This document shows positions 19,149-28,722 of a stretch of DNA of 50,894 bases, one piece after another. The notes under the pieces are model-generated. The model saw only the letters and a list, made by a program, of their open reading frames with translations, was not told the DNA's origin and ran no database searches. A program made the translations under genes and the position numbers. Numbering within the stretch: the stretch's first letter is position 1; every line of letters starts with the position of its first letter. The DNA comes from Actinomycetes bacterium (GTDB lineage: Bacteria > Actinomycetota > Actinomycetes > S36-B12), in the NCBI GenBank assembly GCA_965657825.1, contig CBFHQG010000004.1, forward strand, positions 1 through 50,894, in the 5' to 3' direction.

Positions 19149-20036
19149 GTGACGACATCGGATCCGCTCGATACGCGGGTACTCGCGGCCTACCGGGAAG
19201 CAGGGCGGGCTTCTGCTGCCGCCGCAGACGTCGCGGCGCCGACCGGACCGGACACCGTGCCCCTCGATCGAAGCGGCGCGGCGTTCTTCGATGTCGACAA
19301 CACCCTGATGCGAGGGGCAAGCCTGTTCCACTTCGCCGCGGGACTCGCTCGTCGCAAGTTCTTCACCGCCGCTCAGATCGCCGGCTTCGCCCGAGCCCAG
19401 GCGAAGTTCGTCCTCTCGGGTGCAGAAGACCTCGAGGACATGGCCTCGGCGACCGAGTCAGCCCTGTCCTTCGTCAACGGACGCACAGTGAGCGAATTGA
19501 TCGACCTGGGACAGGAGATCTTCACCGATTCCCTCACCGACAAACTCATCCCCGGGACGCTCTCCCTGGCCCAGGGTCATCTCGATGCGGGTCAGCGTGT
19601 CTGGCTGGTCACCGCGACACCGGTCGAACTGGCCACAATCATCTCCTCGCACCTAGGGCTCACCGGCGCCTTGGGCACCGTGGCTGAAGTCGTCGACGGT
19701 GTCTACACCGGGAAGCTCGTCGGCGCTCCCCTGCACGGCATGGCCAAGGCTGAGGCGGTGCGAGCACTCGCCGAGCGCGAGGGTTTGGACCTCAGTAGGT
19801 GTTCGGCGTATTCCGACTCCGCCAACGACATCCCGATGCTGTCCCTGGTCGGTCGCGCCATCGCGGTCAATCCCGATGGTGCGCTGCGCGACCACGCCCG
19901 CGACAACGACTGGCCGATTCGGGATTTCCGGCGGCGCGCTGCGATGCGTCGCGCCGTCCCCGCCGTAACAGCGGGCGCCGGGGTGGTGGCCGGGATCGGT
20001 GCCGGTTATCTGATCGGTCGACTCAGTCGGCGCTGA
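19149..20036 (+). CDS. HAD-IB family hydrolase (SerB-like phosphatase)
   Basis: HAD motif I FFDVDNTLM, motif III/IV K...AYSDSANDIPML, and a C-terminal hydrophobic segment. Confidence 0.85.
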   Translation: MTTSDPLDTRVLAAYREAGRASAAAADVAAPTGPDTVPLDRSGAAFFDVDNTLMRGASLFHFAAGLARRKFFTAAQIAGFARAQAKFVLSGAEDLEDMASATESALSFVNGRTVSELIDLGQEIFTDSLTDKLIPGTLSLAQGHLDAGQRVWLVTATPVELATIISSHLGLTGALGTVAEVVDGVYTGKLVGAPLHGMAKAEAVRALAEREGLDLSRCSAYSDSANDIPMLSLVGRAIAVNPDGALRDHARDNDWPIRDFRRRAAMRRAVPAVTAGAGVVAGIGAGYLIGRLSRR

Positions 20037-20059
20037 CCCTCGACAGTGATGCGGATCGA

Positions 20060-20995
20060 CTAGCCGAAGACGCCAGGTCGATCAACAAGTACCCGGTACA
20101 GACCCTGCTGGATCGTCTCGCGCACCCGATCGGTCATCTCCAGGATCATCATCGGGTCGTCGGCTGCCCCCTCGGGCAGATCATCGGTGGGGATCGGCTC
20201 GCCGAACTCGATGATCCACTTGCTCGGCAGCGGGATCAGACCTGCCGGACCAAGCCACGGGAAAGTCGGAGTCACCGGGAAGTACGGCATCCCCAACAGT
20301 CGCGCCAGCAGCGGGATCTCGCCGATCTTGGGATAGATCTCCTCGGCCCCGACGATCGCGGTCGGGATGATCGGCACGCCGGCGCGCACCGCTGCTGACA
20401 CGAATCCACCTCGACCGAAACGCTGCAGTTTGTACCGCTCGGAGAACGGCTTTCCAATGCCCTTGAATCCTTCCGGCCACACTCCGACGAGCTGTCCGTC
20501 AGACAGCAGGCGTTCAGCGTCGGGCATACAGGCCAGGGTGTGTCCTGCCTTGCGCGCTAACTCTCCGAAGAACGGCATCGAGAACACGAGGTCGGCGCCG
20601 AGCATGCGCAGATGTCGATGTGCGGGATGGTCATCGAGTAGCGCCAACTGCGTCATGACCGCGTCGACGGCGATCGTCCCCGAATGATTCGCCACGATGA
20701 GGGCGGCTCCCTCGTCGGGCACATGGTGCAGCCCGCGTGCCTCCACCCGGAACCACGACCGGTACAGCGGGCGAAGCGGCGCCATGAGAACCGAGTCGAG
20801 CAGTTGCGGATCGAAGCCGAACTCATCGACGGGGTAGTCGCCCTCCAGACGGCGGCGCAGGAACGCGACGGTGTCCGCGACTCGATCGACGATCCCCGGC
20901 TGCGACGCGTCAGGCTGCTCTGATCGCGCAGTCGCAGTCGAGCGACCCCGGCGTCGTGGTTCTTCGAAGGACAGGATGCGTGCCTCGGGCATCAC
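20060..20995 (-). CDS. Lysophospholipid / 1-acyl-sn-glycerol-3-phosphate acyltransferase family protein
   Basis: HX4D acyltransferase motif (VANHSGTIAVD), plus PEGFKG and IIPTAIVG blocks. Translationally coupled to the upstream epimerase gene. Confidence 0.85.
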   Translation of the reverse strand: MMPEARILSFEEPRRRGRSTATARSEQPDASQPGIVDRVADTVAFLRRRLEGDYPVDEFGFDPQLLDSVLMAPLRPLYRSWFRVEARGLHHVPDEGAALIVANHSGTIAVDAVMTQLALLDDHPAHRHLRMLGADLVFSMPFFGELARKAGHTLACMPDAERLLSDGQLVGVWPEGFKGIGKPFSERYKLQRFGRGGFVSAAVRAGVPIIPTAIVGAEEIYPKIGEIPLLARLLGMPYFPVTPTFPWLGPAGLIPLPSKWIIEFGEPIPTDDLPEGAADDPMMILEMTDRVRETIQQGLYRVLVDRPGVFG

Positions 20996-22002
20996 CCCAC
21001 CACCCTCTCCGGAGCAGGTGCTTCACCGAAGCGCGGCAGCAGCGGTGCGAGCCCATGGCCTCGCCTCAACTCCTCGAATGCCTCGACCGTGGACCATCGC
21101 GCATGGAATCCCAGATGCTCAGCGATACGCGTCGTGTCGATGACGCGCCCGTAGGTCAAGAAGCGCACCTGCTCGGTGGAGAAGTCCGCGAGGCCGGCCC
21201 GACCGAGACTGCGCCCGGCGATGCCGAGCATCGAGCGCGGTACGGCGACCGAGGGGCGGCCGAGCCGCCGGACTGCCTGGGAGAGCATGAGGATCCCCTG
21301 ACCTGCCACGTTGTAGACGCCCTGGATGGGGTCTGCGGACAACGTGATCGCCTCGAGGGCCGACACGCAGTCGTCTTCATGGACGAACTGCATCCTCGCG
21401 TCGAACCCGAGCACGGTGGGAATCACCGGCAACGAGAAGTACGAGGTCATCGCAGTGTCGATGCTCGGACCGATGATGTTGGCGAACCTCAGGATCGATA
21501 CCCCGATGTCCGGTCGCCTACGCGCGAACCCGCGGACGTATCCCTCGACCTCGACGGAGTCCTTCGCCCATCCGGAGGTCGGCGGATGCTGGGGTGAGGT
21601 GTCCTCGGTGAACAGCGCGGGATCCCTCGGCCCTGCGCCGTAGACCGACGCGGTTGACTTCACGACGAGTCGGCGCACACTCTCGGACTTCTGGCAGGCC
21701 GCGAGCAACTGCATCGTGCCGATGACGTTGATGTCCTTCATGGTGGCGCGACCACCTGCCTGGCGCGGAGTGGCGATGACCCCCGCGTGCACAACGGTGT
21801 CGACCTCGGAGGCATCGATGATCTTGGCGATCACCGGGTTGCGGATGTCAGCGCGGACGAACTCCGCCTCGCCCAGATCAAACCTGGGAGGGACGACGTC
21901 GACGGCGACGACGCGATCCACATCGGATCGATCAGCGAGCGCTCGGGCGATCCGCCCACCGAGATGGCGGGCCGCACCAGTGACGAGCACCACCCCGGAC
22001 AT
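20992..22002 (-). CDS. NAD-dependent epimerase/dehydratase family protein
   Basis: N-terminal Rossmann motif VLVTGAARHLGGRIA and an SDR-extended pattern (STASVYG). Its position matches the galE2-like gene beside bS22 and the HTH gene in other actinobacteria. Confidence 0.88.
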   Translation of the reverse strand: MSGVVLVTGAARHLGGRIARALADRSDVDRVVAVDVVPPRFDLGEAEFVRADIRNPVIAKIIDASEVDTVVHAGVIATPRQAGGRATMKDINVIGTMQLLAACQKSESVRRLVVKSTASVYGAGPRDPALFTEDTSPQHPPTSGWAKDSVEVEGYVRGFARRRPDIGVSILRFANIIGPSIDTAMTSYFSLPVIPTVLGFDARMQFVHEDDCVSALEAITLSADPIQGVYNVAGQGILMLSQAVRRLGRPSVAVPRSMLGIAGRSLGRAGLADFSTEQVRFLTYGRVIDTTRIAEHLGFHARWSTVEAFEELRRGHGLAPLLPRFGEAPAPERVVG

Positions 22003-22096
22003 GCACCCAGGGTACGTGGTCAGCCTGGGCGATGGGAGCGGGTCGGCTGCAGGAGCAGCCCGGTCTCGCTGCTTCCTGGTGCCCCGCTGTGCCCGG

Positions 22097-22195
22097 CTAC
22101 TTCTTGTTACGACGCTGGACGCGAGTGCGCTTGAGCAGCTTGCGGTGCTTCTTCTTGGCCATGCGCTTGCGGCGCTTCTTGACCACGGAGCCCAT
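22097..22195 (-). CDS. Ribosomal protein bS22-type micro-ORF (32 aa)
   Basis: Hand translation gives ATG..TAG = [32 protein letters not shown]. This is near-identical in style to the conserved actinobacterial 33-aa protein (M. tuberculosis Rv0500B class, later identified as ribosomal bS22). A GAGG tract lies 8 nt upstream. It is below the ORF-track size cut-off. Confidence 0.85.
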   Translation of the reverse strand: MGSVVKKRRKRMAKKKHRKLLKRTRVQRRNKK

Positions 22196-22320
22196 CTATG
22201 ACCTCATTCACTCGTCCTGCGGGTCCGCTGAGCCTACGTCACCGCGGCTGCACGGGTCCATCGGGGTCGCAGGGCCACCCGATCACACGGGAGTCGCGGG
22301 GACCCGTCGAACCTCGAGGA

Positions 22321-22548
22321 TCAGCCCGCCTCGAAGAACGATGACTGCAGGTAGGACTGCACCGCCTGCTCGGGAACACGGAAGGAACGCCCCACCCGCA
22401 CCGCTGGCAGGTCACCGGAGTGCACGAGTCGGTAGACGGTCATCTTCGACACCCGAAGCGCGGTAGCGACCTCCGCCACGGTGAGGAACCGGACGTCGGC
22501 CATCGGTGCCGGCTGTGCATCGCCGGGCCGCTGCGGGGTTCCCGCCAT
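22321..22548 (-). CDS. Small helix-turn-helix DNA-binding protein (excisionase/MerR-like; Rv0500A class)
   Basis: Contains FLTVAEVATALRVSKMTVYRLVHSGDLPAVRVGRSFRV. A strong RBS AAGGAGAG lies 7 nt upstream of the ATG at 22548. Conserved neighbourhood with proC and bS22. Confidence 0.88.
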   Translation of the reverse strand: MAGTPQRPGDAQPAPMADVRFLTVAEVATALRVSKMTVYRLVHSGDLPAVRVGRSFRVPEQAVQSYLQSSFFEAG

Positions 22549-22574
22549 GGGTCACTCTCCTTGCGTACAACGTT

Positions 22575-22599
22575 CGACCCGACGCACTCGGTCGGGTCG
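22575..22599 (-). promoter_or_regulatory. 9-bp perfect stem-loop in the leader of the HTH gene
   Basis: cgacccgac (22575-22583) pairs with gtcgggtcg (22591-22599) around a 7-nt loop, 27 nt upstream of the ATG. A second hairpin, caggtag/ctacctg, lies at 22607-22629. Confidence 0.3.
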
Positions 22600-22737
22600 G
22601 GAGCACCAGGTAGGTGTCCTGACTACCTGCGCGAGCGTAGTGGTAGCCGGCGGCTCGTGTGCAGGCAATCCCCGAATCCCCTCCTCGGCCTGACGCAGGA
22701 AGGTCCCCGATCCCCGGGCGGGCGAATCCGAAGCCCA

Positions 22738-22850
22738 CCTCGGCCCGTCGCCGCAACCTCGGCCCGTCGCCGCAACCACGGGCCTGAGTCGAAACCACGG
22801 GCCTGAGTCGAAACCACGGGCCTGAGTCAGAACCACGGGTCAGGGTCGAA
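22738..22850. repeat. Composite 19-bp tandem repeat array (2 x unit A, 3 x unit B plus a degenerate fourth copy)
   Basis: Unit A is cctcggcccgtcgccgcaa, at 22738-22756 and 22757-22775. Unit B is ccacgggcctgagtcgaaa, at 22776-22794 and 22795-22813. A variant ccacgggcctgagtcagaa lies at 22814-22832 and a degenerate ccacgggtcagggtcgaa at 22833-22850. The core of A is the inverted complement of the core of B. Confidence 0.9.
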
Positions 22851-24023
22851 GGCGAGCCCATGCGCTGGGAACACCGCGGTACGCGTGGCGATCACCGCCG
22901 CGTCGATCGGATCATGCGGATCGAAACCGGAGTCGAACGGCTTCGCCCATGGTTGACGCCCGTCGGTCATCCGGGCTGGAGCAGGACGCCCGAGCCGCTC
23001 ACGGACATACGCGTCGAACCCCTCTGGCACCGCGGTCTCCGGTGGGATCGGGGCGCCCGCCGCCTCGGCGATCAGGTGGGTCCAAGCCCGCGGGACGACG
23101 TCCACCCATTCATAACCGCCCCCACCGACCGCAATCCATCTGCCGTCGGCGAATCGATGAGCCCAGCGGTGGATCGCCTCGTAACTCGCGCGCTGGCCGT
23201 CGATGGACAGGGCGAGGTGGGCGAGTGGGTCATCGAAATGCGAATCACATCCGTGCTGGCTGACGATGACCTGGGGCTTGAACTGCTCGAGGATGTCGGG
23301 CACGACGGCATGGAATGCGCGGAGCCAGCCCTGATCCCCTGTTCCTGCCGGGACCGCGATGTTGACGGCACTGCCCAATGCACCAGGACCGCCGGTCTCG
23401 GTGGGGAATCCAGTGCCGGGAAACAAGGTGCGCGGATTCTCGTGGATCGAGACGGTCAGCACTCGCGGGTCGTCGTAGAACATCGCCTGCACGCCGTCCC
23501 CGTGGTGGACATCGACATCGATGTAGGCGATGCGCTCGACTCCCTGATCGAGCAGCCAGGCGATCGCGACGCCGATGTCGTTGTAGATGCAGAAACCGGA
23601 GGCAGCCCCCGGCATCGCATGGTGCAACCCCCCGGCGATGTTGACCGCGTGCTCGGTGCGACCGGTGTGCACTGCCTGCGCGGCCGCGAGGGTTGCCCCG
23701 GCGACGTGCAGGGATGCCTCGTGCATGCCGGCGAAGACTGGATCATCCGCGGTCCCGAGCCCCCGTGCGAGATCGACCAGGGTGGGGTCAGCGGATGCCC
23801 GCCGCACCGACTCGACGTACGTGGAATCGTGAACACGCAGGATGTCCTCGACCGTCGCCGGAGTCACCGGGGAGTGCAGGTGCACGCTGTCGTGCCGTAG
23901 CAGTCCGAACTCCTCGGCCAGTCGCATCGCTAGTTGAACCCGGATCGGCGCGAGCGGGTGGCCCGGGCCGAAGTCGTAGGCGCGCAATGCCTCATCCCAC
24001 ACGACCGTGACCGATTCGCCCAT
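22827..24023 (-). CDS. acuC: Histone deacetylase-family protein (acetoin utilization AcuC-type deacetylase)
   Basis: 398 aa with class I HDAC/AcuC motifs GGLHHAMPGAASGFCIYND, DVDVHHGDGVQ and a GGGGY-type C-terminal block (VGGGGYE). Confidence 0.9.
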   Translation of the reverse strand: MGESVTVVWDEALRAYDFGPGHPLAPIRVQLAMRLAEEFGLLRHDSVHLHSPVTPATVEDILRVHDSTYVESVRRASADPTLVDLARGLGTADDPVFAGMHEASLHVAGATLAAAQAVHTGRTEHAVNIAGGLHHAMPGAASGFCIYNDIGVAIAWLLDQGVERIAYIDVDVHHGDGVQAMFYDDPRVLTVSIHENPRTLFPGTGFPTETGGPGALGSAVNIAVPAGTGDQGWLRAFHAVVPDILEQFKPQVIVSQHGCDSHFDDPLAHLALSIDGQRASYEAIHRWAHRFADGRWIAVGGGGYEWVDVVPRAWTHLIAEAAGAPIPPETAVPEGFDAYVRERLGRPAPARMTDGRQPWAKPFDSGFDPHDPIDAAVIATRTAVFPAHGLAFDPDPWF

Positions 24024-24857
24024 CTACTCCTGCGACTCCCGTCCGAGCTCGGTACTGCGGTCACGGGCAGCGCGCGTAGCTTGGGCAACCAGTTCGGCGA
24101 GTTCGCCACCGCCTGTCAATACCTCAATGGCAGCCTGGGTTGTGCCGCCCGGCGAGGTCACGCGCCGCCTGAGCTCACCGGGCTCATGCTCGCTGTCTCG
24201 CGCCAGCAGCGCGGCTCCCGCGAGGGTCTGCAGCACCAGGGCGCGGGCCGTCTCCGGCGCGAGCCCGAGGCCGATCCCGGCCTCCTCGAGGGCCTCCATG
24301 AACGCGAAGACATAGGCCGGCCCACTGCCCGATATCGCGGTGACCGCGTCCTGGAGATCCTCGCTCACCTCCGTCACCCGGCCGATCACCTCGAGCATCT
24401 GTGTGGCTGACGTCACGGCCTCCGGGGAGCAATCCGCACCCGGGGACATCACCGTCATCCCCTCACCGATCACCGATGGTGTGTTGGGCATCGCGCGGAT
24501 GACGCTCACCCCCTCGCCCACGACCGAGGCCATCGCAGCCGTGGACACCCCCGCGGCGATCGAGATCAGCAGCGCTCCCGGGCGAAGGTGCGGCCCGATC
24601 TGGGCAAGAACACCCCGGGCATCCCCCGGCTTGACCGCGAGCAGCGCGATGTCCGCACGCTCTGCAGCAGTGGGCGGGGGCATCGCGTCGACACCGAAGC
24701 ATTCGCACACCTCCGCACGCCGCTCGTCGTGCTTTTCGCTGATGATGATCTGGGCGGGGGTGTATCCGGCGCGTAGCAGACCGCCGATGAACGTCTCGCC
24801 CATCACCCCTGCGCCGATGATCGCGATCACCGGTCGGGGACGAGCAGGGGATGTCAC
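24024..24857 (-). CDS. proC: Pyrroline-5-carboxylate reductase
   Basis: Rossmann motif IAIIGAGVMGE and a C-terminal SPGGTT-type block (VTSPGGTTQAAI). The GTG start overlaps the TetR stop (GTGA). Confidence 0.93.
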   Translation of the reverse strand: MTSPARPRPVIAIIGAGVMGETFIGGLLRAGYTPAQIIISEKHDERRAEVCECFGVDAMPPPTAAERADIALLAVKPGDARGVLAQIGPHLRPGALLISIAAGVSTAAMASVVGEGVSVIRAMPNTPSVIGEGMTVMSPGADCSPEAVTSATQMLEVIGRVTEVSEDLQDAVTAISGSGPAYVFAFMEALEEAGIGLGLAPETARALVLQTLAGAALLARDSEHEPGELRRRVTSPGGTTQAAIEVLTGGGELAELVAQATRAARDRSTELGRESQE

Positions 24858-25516
24858 GGTGCACCCTGGGAGTCTGCGATACGGGCGGCGGGCAAGGGGA
24901 TACGCGGATCGAGCAGCGACTGCACGACAGGACCGACCATCCGCACCACGTGCTCATCACTGGCCGAGGCGAGGGGCTCGATCCGAGCGACGTAGCGCCC
25001 GATCGCGATACCCATGAGGTAGGAGGAGATGAGCGCCACCCGCATCCGTGCATCAGGCACACCTACCGAAGCGACGACCCGATCGACCACGGTCGACTCG
25101 ATGTACTCCTGCAGGGCCCGGGTGGATGAATAGGCCGATCCCCCAGCCTTGAGCATGCCGAGCAGGTCAGCTCGCGTCTGCGGGTCGTCGAGAGTGGTCA
25201 GCATGAATCGCACCAGCCGATCCCCCAGCCCTTCGATCCCGGGAGCGAGCAAAGCCGGCACGGCCGTCGTCGGATCGGTCGGCAGTTTCAGTGCGGCAGC
25301 GAAGAGATCGCCCTTGCTGTCGTAGTAACGGCGGAGCACCTCCGGTGCCACACCCGCTGCAGCCGCAACTCCCTTCATCGTCGTTCGGGCATAGCCGGAC
25401 GCCGCGAAGGCACTGCGTGCTGCGTCGAGAAGGACAGCACGCGGGTCGGTCGGTCGCGAGGATTGCTCGCCGTTATCGACGGGGCCCTCGCCTGCAGACT
25501 GCGGATCCTCCGACAT
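24854..25516 (-). CDS. TetR/AcrR family transcriptional regulator
   Basis: N-terminal HTH LLDAARSAFAASGYARTTMKGVAAAAGVAPEVLRRYYDSKGDLF, followed by a helical ligand domain. Confidence 0.88.
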   Translation of the reverse strand: MSEDPQSAGEGPVDNGEQSSRPTDPRAVLLDAARSAFAASGYARTTMKGVAAAAGVAPEVLRRYYDSKGDLFAAALKLPTDPTTAVPALLAPGIEGLGDRLVRFMLTTLDDPQTRADLLGMLKAGGSAYSSTRALQEYIESTVVDRVVASVGVPDARMRVALISSYLMGIAIGRYVARIEPLASASDEHVVRMVGPVVQSLLDPRIPLPAARIADSQGAP

Positions 25517-25549
25517 GGCCCCACCCTAACCAGGACGGTGCCGAACTGG

Positions 25550-26347
25550 TCAGTCGTCGCCGGTCACACCGAGATGCTGTCGCGCGAAGGCGAGAGCCTC
25601 GGCCAGATCCGCTTCACGCTCCGCTCGCGAGGCGGCCTTGCGTGTGGTCACCTCGACCACCACCGTCCCGCTGAATCGGGTCTCACGCAGGTGCCTGAGG
25701 ACCTGGGCGCACGGCTGATTGCCTCGACCCGGGACGAGGTGCTCATCACGAGCCGAACCACTGCCGTCAGCCAGGTGCAGATGCCGGACGCGCTCGCCCA
25801 GATCGGCGACCATCTGCATCGCATCAGTGCCGGAGACCGCGGTGTGGGACAGGTCGACGACGGTGTGCGCGTAGTCCTCGTCGCGGATATCCCAGCCCGG
25901 TGAGTAGGCCGCGATCTCACGCGATCGCGCCCGCCAGGGATACATGTTCTCGACGGCGAACTCCACATCGGTGATCTCGCGCATTCGGGCGACGCCTGCC
26001 ACGAACTCCCGCGCGTAGTCTCGCTGCCAGCGGAAAGGCGGATGGACCACGACGGTGCGTGCGCGAAGCTCCTCGGCCACCGCACGGGCGCGCACGAGCT
26101 TGCCCCACGGATCGGTCCCCCACACCCGCTGCGTGATGAGCAGGCAGGGTGCGTGAAGGGCGAGGATCGGAACCCCGAAGTGGTCGCTGAGCCTCCGCAG
26201 CGCGGCCGGATCCTGACTCACCGAGTCGGTCATCACCATGACCTCGACACCGTCGTAGCCGAGCTTGGCGGCGATCTCGAATGCGGCGGCGGTCGACTCG
26301 GGGTAGACCGACGACGTCGAGAGCGCGATCGCCGGGCCATTCGTCAT
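25550..26347 (-). CDS. Sugar phosphate isomerase/epimerase (xylose isomerase-like TIM barrel)
   Basis: Pattern of AP-endonuclease-2 / xylose-isomerase-like barrels ([37 protein letters not shown]). The ATG at 26347 lies 2 nt after the ATPase stop (TGATCATG). Confidence 0.82.
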   Translation of the reverse strand: MTNGPAIALSTSSVYPESTAAAFEIAAKLGYDGVEVMVMTDSVSQDPAALRRLSDHFGVPILALHAPCLLITQRVWGTDPWGKLVRARAVAEELRARTVVVHPPFRWQRDYAREFVAGVARMREITDVEFAVENMYPWRARSREIAAYSPGWDIRDEDYAHTVVDLSHTAVSGTDAMQMVADLGERVRHLHLADGSGSARDEHLVPGRGNQPCAQVLRHLRETRFSGTVVVEVTTRKAASRAEREADLAEALAFARQHLGVTGDD

Positions 26348-26349
26348 GA

Positions 26350-28722
26350 TCAGGCCCGCCTCCACCGGTCGGTGATGACCGTCGCCAGCCACACGCCCAC
26401 GACCCCGATCAGTCCGGAGACGAACGCGAGGGTCAATCCCGGCCCGAGCGGGATGGTGAGGGCGAAGAATTTCGCAGAGAACGGAACGAGCAGGACGAGC
26501 AGGAACAGCACCACCATCAGCGCCACGATCCCGATGCGCAGCAGATTCAACGGTCTCGCTGCTTGAGCGAGGACCGCGGTGGTCACGATGAAGAGCGTGA
26601 CGGTGGCAGCAGTCCGAGCGTCCTCGACACTCGATCCGCCGCGCAACTCCAGCAGATAGGTCGCCATGGATGTTGCGGCACAGATCAAACCAGCCGGGAT
26701 CGTGAACAGCAGCACTCGCTTCAAGAAGCCGGGGCGGAATCGTTCGGTGTTGGGCATGAGGGCGAGGAAGAAACCCGGGATACCGATGGTCAGCGCTGAG
26801 ATCAAGGTGTAGTGCCGGGGCAGGAACGGAAACTCCAGTGTCGATGATCCGAAGATGATCGCTGTGAAGACGCTGAGGCCGACGGCCAGGGACGTTGCAC
26901 TGGCGTAGAAGGTCTTGGTGAGGAAGACATCCGAGACTCGCTCGATGTTGCCCAGAACTCGGCGACCTTCGGCGACGACACTGGGCATGACCGCGAACTT
27001 GTTCGCCAGCAGCACGATCTGAGCCACTGCTCGCGTTGCAGGCGATCCTGAACCCATGGCGATACCGAGGTCCGCGTGCTTGAGCGCGAGCACGTCGTTC
27101 ACACCATCGCCTGTCATCGCAACCGTCTTGCCACGCAGGTGCAGCGCATCGACCATCGCCTGCTTCTGAGTGGGGGTGACACGACCGAAGACACTGTGGG
27201 TGTCGATGGGATCGGCAAGTTGCTCTGGATCATCGGGCAGTTCACGGGCGTCGATGGGATCGTCGGCCCCCGGCACCCCGGCCCGCTCGGCGATCGCGCC
27301 CACGGTGGCCGCGTTATCGCCGCTGATCACCTTCACCTCGACTCCCTGATCGAGGAAGTAGGCGACGGTGTCCGCCGCATCAGGGCGCAGCACCTGATCG
27401 ATGACGACGAGCGCGATCGGCTCGACGTTCCCGGCTCCCGACTCTGCCGACGGTCGGGACTCGCCTCTCGATCGCCCGAGTAGGAGCACCCGTGCACCCT
27501 GGCCCGATAGCGCTTCGGCGCGTGAGATCACCTCACCCTGCGTGGAATCGAGCAGGACCTCCGGGGCGCCGAGGAGGTAGGTGCCGCGATCGTCGAAACT
27601 CGCCGCGGACCACTTGCGGGCACTCGAGAACGGCACGACATCGGTGCGTGTCCAGTCGATGGGTTCGGGGTAGGCCTGCGCGACAGCCTGCAGGGTGGGA
27701 TTGGGTGAGTCCTCCGCGGCACCCAGCGCACCGAGGGCCTGGGCGATCTCGCTCTCCTGCGCACCACCCGGCAGGTCGATGACCTCACGGACCCGCATGC
27801 CCGGCTCAGTCAGGGTTCCGGTCTTGTCCGCACATACCGTGTCGACGCGAGCGAGAACCTCGACGGCGGGCAGCTCCTGGACGAGCACCTTCTTCTGCGC
27901 CAACCGGATCACCGAGACCGCCATGGCGATGCTGGTCAGCAGCACCAGGCCCTCGGGCACCATCGTCACAACTCCCGCGATGGTCCCGCGAATCGCATCC
28001 GGCAGTGTCTGGTCAGCCCGCAACTGGCTCCACAGGAGCAATCCACCGACGGGGATGAGCAGCACCGAGGCGATACGGATGAAGGTGTTGATCGCATCGC
28101 GCAATTCCGAGCGGGTGAGTGCGAACTTCCGCGCTTGGGCGGTCAAGCCGGCTGCGAAGGAGTCCTTTCCCACCTTCGTCGCGCGATACGCACCTGATCC
28201 GGCAACAACGAACGAACCCGACATCGCCTGATCACCCGGTGTCTTGTCAACAGGATCCGCCTCACCGGTCAGCAGGCTCTCATCGATCTCCAAACCGTCG
28301 GAGGCGAGCACCTCGCCATCGACGACGAGTTGATCACCCGGTCGCACCAGCACGATGTCGTCGAGGACGACTTCACGTGGACGTACCTCGACATCCCGCC
28401 CATCGCGTCGCACCAGGATCTTCGCCTCGGAGAGCACCGAGAGTTTCGCCAGCGTTCTGCTCGCCCGGTATTCCTGGACGATTCCGATCAGCGTGTTGAT
28501 GACGATGACGAAGCCGAATAGTGCGTCCTGGATCGGTGCGACGATCAGCATGACGATCCACAGCGAGCCGATCAGACCGTTGAAATACGTGAAGACGTTC
28601 GAGCGGACGATGCTCGCGAAACTCCGGCTGTGCGCATCCGGGGCATCATTGAATTCACCGCGCGCAACTCGCTCCGCGACCTCGGTCGAGGTGAGCCCCT
28701 CGGGGATCGTGGTGGTCGTCAT
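26350..28722 (-). CDS. Cation-translocating P-type ATPase (CtpE-like, P2-type)
   Basis: Contains TGEADPV, MVPEGL, the phosphorylation site CADKTGTLT, and the hinge [22 protein letters not shown], with about 10 TM segments. Its start overlaps the ppx stop (ATGA). Confidence 0.93.
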   Translation of the reverse strand: MTTTTIPEGLTSTEVAERVARGEFNDAPDAHSRSFASIVRSNVFTYFNGLIGSLWIVMLIVAPIQDALFGFVIVINTLIGIVQEYRASRTLAKLSVLSEAKILVRRDGRDVEVRPREVVLDDIVLVRPGDQLVVDGEVLASDGLEIDESLLTGEADPVDKTPGDQAMSGSFVVAGSGAYRATKVGKDSFAAGLTAQARKFALTRSELRDAINTFIRIASVLLIPVGGLLLWSQLRADQTLPDAIRGTIAGVVTMVPEGLVLLTSIAMAVSVIRLAQKKVLVQELPAVEVLARVDTVCADKTGTLTEPGMRVREVIDLPGGAQESEIAQALGALGAAEDSPNPTLQAVAQAYPEPIDWTRTDVVPFSSARKWSAASFDDRGTYLLGAPEVLLDSTQGEVISRAEALSGQGARVLLLGRSRGESRPSAESGAGNVEPIALVVIDQVLRPDAADTVAYFLDQGVEVKVISGDNAATVGAIAERAGVPGADDPIDARELPDDPEQLADPIDTHSVFGRVTPTQKQAMVDALHLRGKTVAMTGDGVNDVLALKHADLGIAMGSGSPATRAVAQIVLLANKFAVMPSVVAEGRRVLGNIERVSDVFLTKTFYASATSLAVGLSVFTAIIFGSSTLEFPFLPRHYTLISALTIGIPGFFLALMPNTERFRPGFLKRVLLFTIPAGLICAATSMATYLLELRGGSSVEDARTAATVTLFIVTTAVLAQAARPLNLLRIGIVALMVVLFLLVLLVPFSAKFFALTIPLGPGLTLAFVSGLIGVVGVWLATVITDRWRRA

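Noticed and set aside
22738-22850. Possible CRISPR array
   Set aside because: The repeats are contiguous with no spacers, the units are only 19 bp, two unit types are in inverted orientation, and there are no cas genes in the window.
22412-22861. Three overlapping minus-strand ORFs (149, 94 and 64 aa) with repeated ARGFDSGPWFRLRPVV-like peptides
   Set aside because: They are an artefact of the 19-bp tandem repeat. Because 19 is not a multiple of 3, the same DNA is read in all three frames. They lie in the acuC/HTH intergenic region and have no RBS.
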